A DNA stretch of 64,000 nt, from the NCBI RefSeq assembly GCF_009914755.1, contig NC_060937.1. The stretch is one strand, 5' to 3'. The notes beneath the pieces were generated by a model that did not search any database, was not told the origin of the DNA, and saw only the letters and a program-made list of their open reading frames with translations. The position numbers were made by a program, and so were the translations under genes. Shown here in pieces: positions 15,131 through 26,222 of this stretch (position 1 is the stretch's first letter; each line of letters begins with the position of its first letter). The DNA is from the human T2T-CHM13v2.0 reference genome, Homo sapiens.

Positions 15131-16064
15131 GTCATTCAGGTTACCAACCCAAAGCATCTCCTTTGCACCCTCAGGGGCCCAAGCTAGCCAGCTAGCCAGG
15201 AAAGGACAGACTAGTCTGGCCTATGGGAAGGATTTTAGTTCCATGTCTTGGCCATGCTGGAGTTGTGGGCAGAGGCAAACTGACAACTCAAGCTTAGCTT
15301 CTGCCGATTAAAGACTTCCTCTGGCAGTGAGGAGGGGTTTGGGCTTAGCACTCACTCATCACTGGGATAAGCCTACCTCCTGTGACAAACAATGGGCATG
15401 ATAACAAGAGAGGGAGGCATGAGCCTGGCAACCCAAACTTTCCTGCTGATTTGGGGTTTGTTCTTGGGGATCTCACCAGTAATCTCATCTTATCAGCTCT
15501 TGGCATCTTAGGATCATGTAACACCTGGACTGATCTGGTTCTCTCCGGGTCATGTGTAGCATCGAAGGTGTTATTTTGGTTTTAAAAGCATCTTCTCTGA
15601 GGTTAATCATATGAATGCCAAGTTTTCTGAAATATTCTACATTAAATAGGAGAAAGGAGTGAGTTATAAAATGAAAAGAAAGGGAAGTTATCATGGATTA
15701 GTTTCAGCTCAGGAATGGCAGGTGGTGAGACACCTCTAATACATCTAATGTGGAAACGGGTGAAGAACACTGGCAAAGACGGGTGTAACTTTACAACCCT
15801 GCTCCTGTGCCTAGTAATGCTCCAGGTCTGTCTTAAGTCCAAGTCTGTTTTACTGTTAATACTCCAAGTCTGTTTTAATGGATTCCAAGTCCATTTTAAA
15901 TCTCTTTCAGCAAAACTAGTGCGAGTTCATTTCTCTGCCTCTTGGCTCTAGTTTGCTTAACAGATAAAGGCCAAGCTCTTCCAGCTCAGGTGAGACGTCC
16001 TGTCCTTTGACTCCCCTGGGCTCTTGTAGAATTCACAGTAATCTGTCACTGGGTGTTGTATGTA

Positions 16065-17004
16065 TAGACCCTTCTCATTATTTGTGGATTCTACATTTGT
16101 GAATTCATCTACTCACTAACACTTATTTGTAACCCTCAGATCAATACATGCAGTGATTTTATGGTCATTTTTGGGCATTTTCAGAGTGTCAACAAATGGG
16201 AGTCACTGATGTGAATGCACATTCCCAGCTGAGGTCAGTGTGCTCGCTTCCTTCTTGTTTCGGCTCACATACTATAAATGTGCCCTTTTTACAGTCTATT
16301 AATTGCCATTTTTTTCAAATTTTTGTGCTTTTGGGTGGTAATTTCACTTTCCAAATGACCCCCAGATGTTGCACTAAAGTGCTGTCTAATGTTCCTAAGT
16401 ACAAGAAGGCTGGGGGTATGCCTCATGGAGAAAATATGTATGTTAGATGAGCTTCGTTCATGCTTGAGTTATAGGGCTATTGGTGTGAGTTCATTGTTAA
16501 TCAATCAACAATATAGTACATCCAGAAAAGGAAGTTCACCAATATGTACATGAGGCTGTTCTGGAAAGTGCTGAAGTGATATTTATAGTGCATGAAGAAA
16601 CTATGGAAAAGACAGAAAAACAGCTAAATTTGTGGACTCATAAAATGACAACTGATTTTTAAAGTGTAGTAAAAAGAGTACTGTTGAGAGGCTGAAAGCC
16701 CAAGAAATTTACAGTTATGTTACCCAGCATCAGGGAAATGTTAAATCCTTCTCTGCTAGGGTTTTATTATAAAGAAATACTGCAGATAACTAACTTATAA
16801 GAACTATATATTAAATAAGGTGTCTTAAACAGAAACACAATAAAACAAGGTTATGTAGTGGTGGGTTGACAAAAATATTGTGACCTGAGGCTCACAGGAA
16901 CCTAATCCTGTATTTCTCCTAGGAGCAATGGTTCAGTATTCACTAATTCAGTGTTTGCAACAACTTTACAGAAAGGAACTACCACAAACAATGAAAATTG
17001 ACTG
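16065..17004. mobile_element. MER82-like TcMar-Tigger element with internal transposase remnant
   Basis: TA-flanked inverted ends; right end reads cagtcaattttcattg...actgaattagtgaatactgaaccattgctcctagg on the reverse strand; frameshifted HTH relic (VPKYKKA..CLMEKICMLDELR..SY..IG.EF.VNQSTI) on the + strand. Confidence 0.75.
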
Positions 17005-17584
17005 TATATCACAGTTTCTGCCCCCACATTATGTCTTCTTTGTATTAACGCCTCTGCCTACTTGTGTCCCACTCTTATTCACTGTTGAATAAATGTGTGC
17101 TGAGTGAATAAAAGTCTTATGCAAGCAAGTTTTCTGCAGAGATACAATATTGCTGGGAATTTTGAGCCTCAGCTGTGCACCAGAAGGATATAAACTAGGT
17201 GACATCTAGGAGGCTGAAGAGTGGGATTATTAAAATGAAAGTAAACACTGTCTTTAAGAAAAACTACAAGGGATATAGTCTGCCTATGGAATGTCAAAAA
17301 TTGTACATCATCAGTTGTTTAAACTTCATGACTTTGCAACATTCCAGTGTCACAAGGTCAGGTGTTTATTCACTGCTTGTGCAGTCAGCACACATTGACT
17401 TTGCGTTCGTATCAGAATGTGACACTCCATTTGGTTGGGGTCTGTTTTAAACCTTTACATTTATCTTCCTGAGAAGGAACCATATGTCCAGTTTTTCTGT
17501 AACCAAATATCAAAAGACACAGGTGGAACAATTTTATGTCTAAGAATTTCATGAAGAGTGTTTGGAATAATGTAAAAAACTTTT

Positions 17585-17720
17585 CTTTCCTTTTCAAAGT
17601 TCTTTTAGTTGACAAATAATAATTGTACATATTTGTGGGGTACATAGTCACTGCATGTTTTGATACATATATGGTGATGAGATCAGAGTAATTAGCAAGA
17701 ATCACCTTTGAATTCATATG
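17585..17720 (-). mobile_element. Short L1M 3' end
   Basis: Contains gttgacaaataataattgtacatatttgtggggtaca...gatgagatcagagtaattagc. Confidence 0.7.
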
Positions 17721-18472
17721 ATCCATACTCTCAGGACATCTGTAGCCTGAGGCTGCTAGAATGACCATCACATTCTTTTCCTTCATGTAGAAGAGAAAAA
17801 GCGCCATTGAATTCCCCCTTTGCCTACTATGAAAGCAAAACTTGCAAGTAAGAGGGGAAGGTGTGCATGAGATAAGAGAGCAGAGTTGGGACAACTTTTG
17901 TAGGGGCATACAGTCTTCTGGGCTTCTGTGGCTTTGGAAGCCTGTGCCTGAGAATGTTTGAGAGCCCCGGCTTTCTTAAGGGCTCTCTGGGCTGATATTT
18001 AGAAGAGATGCTCAGATTTCAAGGGTAGAAGGGAAGAGATTTAGAGTCATTTGTGGCTACTTTTCATGGTCTAGTAGTGCGGCTGTAAGTCATTTCATCA
18101 TATCTTGATTTCTTGTCCACTTAACAAAAATAAAATGTAGCTAAAGAGTTTACTAAACCTTTGATAAAAATATTATGAATATGAAAAAAATTATGAATTA
18201 TAACTTCTAGATTTAAGGACAATGAAATTTAAGAAAAAAAAATCCCCACCCATCACTTTAATCCCTTAGATCCAGGTTAAGGCACCCAGCCTGATAGTGA
18301 ATGTCTGTTGACAACAACTTCTTTGTATTTGAAGACAGTATTGACTACAGATGGTACCAAGGAGTCAAAGTCATGGCAGGCTATCTTGGGAGAAATCTTC
18401 CTCATGAAGCAAATTTTCCATTTAAAGATGAAGCATGAAAATCAACATCTATTTTATAGAAAATAGGAAATA

Positions 18473-18599
18473 TTTAATATATATAAATTTATTTGCCTTG
18501 GCAATTATTTATTTACAATTGATGATTGATATCAACAATTGAGGTAAAAATATACATGAGGTATAAATATAATATTTAAATGCAATATCATACTTTATT
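18473..18599 (-). terminator. Distal polyadenylation signal cluster of STARD13
   Basis: Minus-strand AATAAA at 18594-18599, 18508-18513 and 18488-18493, and ATTAAA at 18473-18478. Confidence 0.75.
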
Positions 18600-18835
18600 T
18601 CCATTGGCAAGATAACAATGAATAAAATACTGTGGTATTTGACAAACAAGCTTGATGCATCGTTTTTTCTCCTTTTTTTCCCTTTTCCTTGTTTTAAAAA
18701 GATGCACTGTGTTGTTATGCAGCGGTGATATGATTACTATGTGCACAAAAACAAAAAAGTCAGATAATTCGAAGAGAGGGAGAATCAGAAATACAATCAC
18801 ATTTGTTCTTATTCTGTTTTAGGGATCTTCTAGGT

Positions 18836-18995
18836 CCTCGTTTCTGAGTGTGGTTTTAGGCCAGCAGCATAGGCATCCCTGAGACTCCTTAGAAATGCAG
18901 AATCTCAGGCCCAGCCCAGATTACTTGGAGCAGAGTCTGCAGTTTCACAAGATCCCCAGGCAATTCATGTGCATGTGAAATCTGGACAAGCACCT
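18836..18995 (+). mobile_element. MER5A-type hAT-Charlie MITE inside the STARD13 3'UTR
   Basis: Contains gtgtggt..ggccagcagcat..cat..cctg..ttagaaatgcagaatctcaggccc..acaagatccccagg. Confidence 0.8.
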
Positions 18996-20578
18996 CTCTG
19001 GGCGATACAAAGCCACTCATCCTCGTGTGCCTATCACGTTTTCCAAACACATAGGATCCCATCTCAGGAGCAGGACCAGTGTTTAGCTAGATTAAACTTC
19101 ACTGGTGATCTTGTTGATGCATATAAAGTAATCTGGCATATATGGTTAAATTCAAGATGTTATGGCAGAAGTGACTTTGTTTTGCTCACAAAGCATTGCC
19201 CAAAAGGTAAATTATGGATTTACTGCTTCCTTCTTAGGTAGACATGGGAATGAAAAATTTCTAGGTCATAATTCAAACTGTAAGATTTTCCTCGCACCAT
19301 ACCAAACTCATAGAAAGCTTTTTTATTCCTCTCAATAAAATAATTGCACATTGCTGATAACAGAAACATTACATAAATGCATATAATGCAAAAAAACCTG
19401 AAAACACTCATTTGCTTTTCTTTTTTTCTCCAACACCAGTTGCTAAATCTTATCAATCTCTATTATGGATGACCAAAGAAAATCTCTCTCCCTGAAATCA
19501 AACACACAATAAGTTATCTTTCTCTCTATAGCTGTTGAATTACAATAAAAAGCACATTCGATCCATTAGCAGTTGGCTAAAGGGAGTCAATTCGCTTCAT
19601 CTGTACAATAATAAATAAGGTTGGGTCAAATGCATAGGTAGCTTGGACTGGCTAGTGAAGAAACACAGAAGAATTAATAAACTCGATTATACTATCTAAA
19701 ACTAATCAAAGAACATAGTTTTGGTCTCATGTTAGTTAAAAACCCTGTCTTTCAGATTGTAAAAGTTTAATGAATTACATTTTAAGAGTATCCTACACAT
19801 AACAAAATATGAATTCCCTGAAGCTGTAACGATCTAGGATTTGAACGGAATGGCCATCATCTCCCTTTGTATGGTGTCTGGAGTTGAATTCAGTGCAATA
19901 AGAAAACACCAATTAACTGTGACCAAATAGGCCACTGGTCAAATAGAATGACATTTAATAACATTATGAAATGTATTTATAAAAACTTGAGACAACACAG
20001 GGGCTCCCTTTGGCTGTGAAGAAGTAAAGGCTATGATATTCATCTTGACTTGGGGTCTGTAGTGATGGGCATGGGAGCGAGAGGTATCGCTTCTGTTTCA
20101 GTCACTCTCGCTGACTCCGGTGGTCCATATCTCACTGAAATTCCATCTTACTGGGCCCAGTGGCAACTCCTCATCTAGCTTTAAATTTGGTAATGACTTC
20201 TCACCCCCCCATTTGCTTTAAGGAGGAGTAATTATTATTTCCTTGCTTTATCCCAGATCTCCACTCTCAGTTTTTGAATAGCAGAAACAAAGCGTTAACA
20301 CATAAGTCTCCTTTAATGTTATTTTCCTTTGGTTAACTCATCTTTGGTTAGGCATCAGGGCATGTTCACACCTTGGTGTTAGCAGCAGGTTCTGCACAGC
20401 TTACAGGACAGTGGAGAGATGGGGCCCAGAGCCACTTGGAAAGAACTGTGTGAGGAAGGGACTCACTGAGTCAGACACCGTCATTTTCAAAACACACAAT
20501 TCTATATAAAATTGGTATTTTACATATATACAGTAAAGATGGAGATATACACACATATGTACATATGCTATACATACA

Positions 20579-20584
20579 TTTATT
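20579..20584 (-). terminator. Candidate proximal poly(A) signal in the 3'UTR (a further AATAAA lies at 19322-19327)
   Basis: AATAAA on the minus strand, preceded by TGTA and followed by GT/T-rich sequence. Confidence 0.45.
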
Positions 20585-20907
20585 TACAGTTAGGTATACG
20601 CTTCTTAGAAGCCTTTAAATAGCAAATTAGGCAATGCACAAGGAATAGTCCATTTAATTTTAAGTAATATATATAAAGTTCTCATTTTAAAATTATATTA
20701 GTAGGGATGTAGCCATCTCCAGGAAGGCTAAGAAAGTTCTTGGAAATTCTTGCATCTCCAACATTCCAACTTCTTAACGTTTCCATTTTTAGGCATTAAC
20801 CGCGTCCTTCAGTTCCTCTTTCTCTCGCTTTCTCACATGCACACTCTCTGCCACACTCGTCACTTTAGCTTCCTCTTCCCTGAGTTTGATGTCACACTGG
20901 GCAAAAC

Positions 20908-21025
20908 TCAGATTTTAGTTTCTGGGCCCTCAGCAATGAGGGGCTGGAAAGAGTTTCTAATCCTGGCAACTTCTGCTGCACACAGATGTCCAAAGCCTTT
21001 GCTGTACCATTCTGGGGAGTGACCT
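20908..21025 (-). CDS. STARD13: STARD13 last coding exon 14 (GHSPEWY...EGPETKI*)
   Basis: Acceptor ttccccacAG|A; TGA at 20908-20910; 118 coding nt complete the frame. Confidence 0.97.
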
Positions 21026-21452
21026 CTGTGGGGAAAGAAATCAGAAAGGAAGTGGGAAAGTTTGTTTCCAAATCACAGCAATTAGTTTTGGTGGACAGGG
21101 CTGCCCTTGGGCCCCGACGACCAGTGAACCTGCAGACAGCTCGGGCTGCTGCCTTGAGGGGCTCAGGACGTCATTCTGCCATCAGGGGCCTTGAAAACGT
21201 CCTGGCTGCTAAGTATTCATGCTGTCATTTGAGTACTCATCAGGTGCTTTAAAATGATACCAACATCTTGGGGTAAAATGAAAAGATTCAGATGAAATCC
21301 AGAATTTACTGTGAAAACTCCGTTTTGTCTACCCAGACCAAGAACTGGGTTTAGCATCATGAATGCCTTGAAGGGGTTGGATGTAAGTTACTTACTTCTC
21401 AAAGAACTATCAGAGGGAGCAGCAAAAGGGGACAGGCATAAAAGAAATACAT

Positions 21453-21745
21453 GGTCGAGCACGGTGGCTCATGTCTGTAGTCCCAGCACTTTGGGAGGCT
21501 GAGGTGGGCGGATCACCTGAGGTTGGGAGATTGAGACCAGCCTGGCCAACATGGCGAGGCCCTGTCTCTACAAAAACATACAAAAATTAGCTGAGTGTGG
21601 TGGTGGGCAGCTGTAGTCCCAGCTACTGGGGAGGCTGAGGAGGGAGGATCACCTGAGCCCAGGAGGTGGAGGTTGCAGTGAGCCCTGATGGTGCCACTGC
21701 ACTCCAGCCTGGGTGACAGAGTGAGACCTTGTCTCAAAAAGAAAC
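21453..21745 (+). mobile_element. Alu (J/S) in the last intron
   Basis: Full dimer with TSD-like aaaagaaataca/aaaagaaacaca. Confidence 0.95.
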
Positions 21746-22072
21746 ACAAGAGAGGGAAACTCTGATTTACTGAGTACCTACTATGTGTCAGGCTCTGTTT
21801 CTGGTGTGTGTTTCATGGGAGAAAGACAGAAATATAAGTAGGCATAAAACAGAAAATAAAGAAAGACAAACAGTTGCAGGAGAAATGTCAGAATTTCAGG
21901 AAAGGGGGAAAGACAGAGGGGAGGCATACATATCCACCTATGAAAGCACACTAATGGCAATGAGGAAACAAATACAGTGAAATAAGAAATCAGGGTGACA
22001 TCCCTGCTGGATGTGCTGTACAAGCTGAGACTCCCAAGATCTGAGCCTGCCATTAAGGGAGTCAGCACTTAC

Positions 22073-22249
22073 TTCAGGTCTATCCTGCAGATGTGAGTCA
22101 GTCTTGACTTGCCAGAGCCACACGGTTCTATCAAGTACTGCGAGTCCATCACCACTGCTCGCACACCACCCAGGAGCTGGGCTTCCTCATGCTCCACGGA
22201 GAGGGACACCAGGGTACACATTCCTTTGGGCAAATCAGTTTTCCAGGTC
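22073..22249 (-). CDS. STARD13: STARD13 coding exon 13 (START domain; TWKTDLPKG...HICRIDLK)
   Basis: Acceptor gctacAG|G and donor AA|GTAAGT; 177 nt. Confidence 0.97.
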
Positions 22250-22574
22250 CTGTAGCAAAACAATCCGCACATCAGAGTCATGACTGAGGGAGGAAGAAGA
22301 ACCTGAACACAGAGCTAAGGTTTGTGTTTATATTTTCCTGCCAACAACCTGGGCTCAGATTCCAATGCTAGTGACTTGGATTAAGCTAATGGCTTTCATA
22401 AGCTTGTGTAAAGTTTATACAGAGAATTTCAAAGCAAGGATCTCAGCTCTGGGACTGTGAGGCCAGAAATGGTCTTGCAGCTTTCAGATCTGCATTTGGA
22501 ATCCCCAGCTCTGCTTAGCTGCAGAGGCTCCTGCCCATTCTCGAAGAGGTGGTTTTACAGTTTATTATTAGAAC

Positions 22575-22860
22575 TCACTCATTCGATTCATTCAGCAGAC
22601 ATCAATTAAGCAGATAGACATGCCAGTCTCTGAGAAGCCACCAAGGACATAAAGATATACACAGCCCAGGAGGAAAAATACTGACACTCTAAACAGAATT
22701 CTAAAAGCACTGAGGTAAATGCACTGGTAAGATTATGCACAGAGGGCTCTGGGATCACATAGAGGGGGCTGCGGGAGGAATATGGAGAAGGCTTCCTGGA
22801 GGAGGGCATGCTCAAAGAGAAGTGAACTGGTACGCTTAGCTTGAAGGAAAAGAAACATAT
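22575..22860 (-). mobile_element. L2 fragment
   Basis: Contains cactcattcgattcattcagcagacat...gaaggcttcctggaggaggg. Confidence 0.65.
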
Positions 22861-23699
22861 GTGGGCCTGCTTATTGTCTTCACATACTTGAGTGGCTCTT
22901 GAGTGGGAGAAGAAATGAATATGGTTGATTTGACTCCAGAAGGCAGAGATAGGAAAGTACATTTCTGTGCAGGAGAGAAGCACTGTCTAACAATGTGCAC
23001 TGTTCAGAAATGAAATGTGCTGCCCTGGGAGGCAGTGAGCTCCCTGTTCCTAGAGCTATTCAAGCAGAGGTGGCTACCCCTTGAAAAAAGGTTGTGGATG
23101 GGAGTCAGGAGCTATGAGAACATCTCTGTAACAACCTCTAACTTCCCTTTCTACCCCAGGGATCTATCATAATAGATTGCATTATTAGAATTCCCATGAT
23201 TTACTCCACAAATTCTATTCCCTTACTAAGTCATGTCCTCCATGATTTCACCCTGTCCTCCTACACCAGGAAGAGAAATGGTGATATGTGCTTGACAAGA
23301 ACTTGGGAATAACCAAGCCCCACACAAATGCTCAGCGACTTCCATGCTGTGACTACTCTTTTCATGAACGACGATGTGATAAATCGTGACGACTGAAAGT
23401 TGTAGAGATTTGTTGGGATAAATGGGAGAATCTCCAGCAACTCTCAGCGGAAGCTCCCGAGGAGCTAGCAATGGGTGTGACATGAGAGACAAATGCAGCA
23501 ATCCTGAAAGGTGACCAGCCTCATACATGCTAGCCTAGACTGTAAGATGCTCTGAAGACAGGAGGCATCTCAGCCCCGTGCCTCCTCACCACACTCATCA
23601 CTTTCCACCTCCTTGTATCCTACACATAAGGAATTCCTGTTGTTGGGAACCAGATCTGGTTCATTGTTAGCCCGTGGAGGGCTGCACCTCTTCTCCTTC

Positions 23700-24010
23700 A
23701 GGGCCACATGGTCCACTCCACTTCTTCAAGTCTTGGATCAAAATCAGTGCAGCAAGACCCCGCCCTGACCATTCTATTTAAAATTCCATCCCTTACTATC
23801 TCCCTATCTTATTCCTCCCAGGATAAGTAAGCCCATCTCCCTTTCTTATTTTTTATGGACTTTCCCCAGTGAAATACAAACCCCAAGAGAGCAGGAGAGG
23901 GGTTTGCTGCATTCCCTTGGCATACCCAGAGCCTATTGCAGTGCCTGGCACGTGGTCGTGATGGAACGAAGCACTGATAAATAGCAGGCTGGTGGGGTTG
24001 CCGGATGGAT
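23700..24010 (+). mobile_element. L2 3' fragment
   Basis: Contains cagagcctattgcagtgcctggcacgtggt...cactgataaata. Confidence 0.6.
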
Positions 24011-25187
24011 GGAAGGAGGGAGGTTCTACACACAGACTCAGGCCCTCAGCCTCCTCTGGAGGGAGGGAGGAGGCACGCTATGGCATGGCCCCATTCCTAT
24101 GGCAGCCATCCTGCAACAGCTATTCAACTTTCCACTTGTGGAGTGAAAGCATGAAGTTTAATTCCACCAGATGACTAATGTCCTAATAACTTTGGTAATA
24201 TGCCACCCTTATAAACTGCCTGCATTCTCCAGCAGGATCCCAAGGAAGCAGAGATAAATACATATATTTAGGGAAAATTGACCTTTAAAAGTCAAGGTTC
24301 CATGGGCCAATTCCCAAGTCATAAAGAGCTCATGTGAAAAGTAACCTTTAGTTTGCCATCAAAACTGGTTTCATAAAGAAAGCGTTTTAAATATACATTT
24401 GGGAGTTTCACAATAGGTTCCTTTTACACTGCTGATCTGTGACATGAGACAAGGCTTGCCAAGATTTTCAATAAAAAAGGATATATTGATCTAATTACCT
24501 TCTATTCAGGTTCTTTAGCACCCTCAATTTCTGTTCTGGCTGATGCAACACTGCATCTCTACTGTGCAAACTTTCTATCATTGGTTGAGCATCCCCTTCC
24601 AAACCCCAAGAACAGGGGTCTGGAACTCAACCCTTACATCAATCAGAAGAAATATTTCCTTGGCAGACACAGAATCAACAAGATTTTCTGGACCTCCAGG
24701 GCAGTGCCAAGGTTTCTGAGCATAGTAATAGCTATGAGCATCTGAAGTTATACAGATGAGTTCTGAAGTCAAACCTACTCCAGTCTTGAGAGTTACACAC
24801 ACTTTCCCAGGGGAGAAAAACAAAATCAGAAGAAAAGCCAGTCAGATCCATTTGCATAATTTGGCAGAAAGTGCAACCGGACAAACAGCAGCTTTTCTGG
24901 GCCGTCTGCTCTGAGGAAATGAATAATATTTATGGCCTAATAAACTGTGTGCTCCACAAGGAGAGGGGCAATCAGAGAGCCCAGGCAGAGCTGTAGGCTG
25001 GGTGAAAAGACACAGGAAGTCGGGCATCGACACAGAAAACTCAGATGTCACTGAGGGAAACAAGAGCCGGCTTAGTGTTCCCCGTGGAGGCTGGACTTTG
25101 GTGGGAGACACCAGGAGAAGTGCTCACATCTACAGTTCGCGTCCTGCCTTTGGAACAGAACATCATAAACCCTAGAGTCAGGCTCAC

Positions 25188-25405
25188 CTGAGAACCACAA
25201 AGTCTCTGGAAGGATGGGGAGCCATGCTGTTCAGCACATACTGGTAGATCTCTGTTTGCCTGTCTAGAGTTTCCACAACCTTCCACTGCACAAAGTCCTC
25301 GTCCCACAGGTGGCGCTCTCTCAGCACGCGGTTCAGGACCACTGAGGGGGGTGCTTCCACCTCCACAGAAGCCTTCCACAGCTTCAGCGGGTTCCCGTCG
25401 CCCAC
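25188..25405 (-). CDS. STARD13: STARD13 coding exon 12 (START domain; VGDGNPLKLW...RDFVVLR)
   Basis: Acceptor ttcccaAG|GTG and donor AG|GTGAGC; 218 nt; START-type WD and RDFV motifs. Confidence 0.97.
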
Positions 25406-25589
25406 CTTGGGAAAGACAACGTCAGAAGCTGAAGAGGTTGTCTGGGATATGGGTCCAACATTTTTTGTTTGGGCTTTTAGTTTTGCTATCATACCTTGCT
25501 GGGTGTTCAAAAACCATCACTGATTATGTAAATTGAGAGTGATACTACATACCTCAGCTGTAACATTTTAGTCCTTAAGCTTAAAAGAA

Positions 25590-25830
25590 TAATAATGATG
25601 ATAAAAATAATAATCACCAACACACCTAGTGGTTACTGTGTGCCAGGAACTATTCTAAGCCATTTGGTTTGTAAATTAGCCTTCCTCCGACAGTGGTACT
25701 CTTACAATGTCCATTTTGCAAATGGGAAAACTGAGGCACAGAGAGGTGTGTGACTTGCCCAACATCACACAGCTACGGGGGAGAGACAGGACCGGGATCC
25801 AGCTGTCCGGCTCCATAGTTTACTCTCTGA
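25590..25830 (-). mobile_element. MIR
   Basis: Contains the MIR core ccattttgcaaatgggaaaactgaggcacagagagg...gacttgcccaa. Confidence 0.85.
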
Positions 25831-26000
25831 TTATAGGCAACAGATCTCTGGACTGAGTTCTTTGAATGGTTCATGTGCCTTAACTGTCCGCGTGTGTGCC
25901 AAGCCCTGTGGACACAGCAGCTGTTTTCAATGCAAAAACAAATGTCTGATTGTTAGCTGTGGCTTTCTGGGGGTGATCTTTTTCCATCCTCTGAGATTAC

Positions 26001-26222
26001 CTTTTTGAAAGCAAGATCTGTATTGTCCGTGCTGGAGCACGTGACCCATCCTTTGAACTTCTCCTTGGCTTCTTTCTGGAGGCCCTGGATGAGATGGTTC
26101 AGGTAAGTGTGGAAAGTTGCCCCACTCTCCTCCAGCTGTGTCCCCAATTCTTCCAGGGTTGGCACGTGGATCTCAGCCTCCACATACGAGTTACGAGACT
26201 GGGCCACCAACTCGTGTGGAAC
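26001..26222 (-). CDS. STARD13: STARD13 coding exon 11 (VPHELVAQ...KFKGWV...AFKK; start of START domain)
   Basis: Acceptor gtctAG|GTT and donor AAG|GTAATC; 222 nt, phase 0-0. Confidence 0.96.

Larger units (their letters stand above)
18452..20907 (-). other. STARD13: STARD13 3'UTR (~2.45 kb; distal end approximate)
   Basis: Follows the stop codon; AT-rich and nearly repeat-free; ends in a cluster of poly(A) hexamers. Confidence 0.8.

Noticed and set aside
18876-18900. Possible miR-125 gene (and miR-9 at 20341) on the plus strand
   Set aside because: Identity is limited to the first 10 nt with no pre-miRNA hairpin. These are target sites on the minus-strand mRNA.
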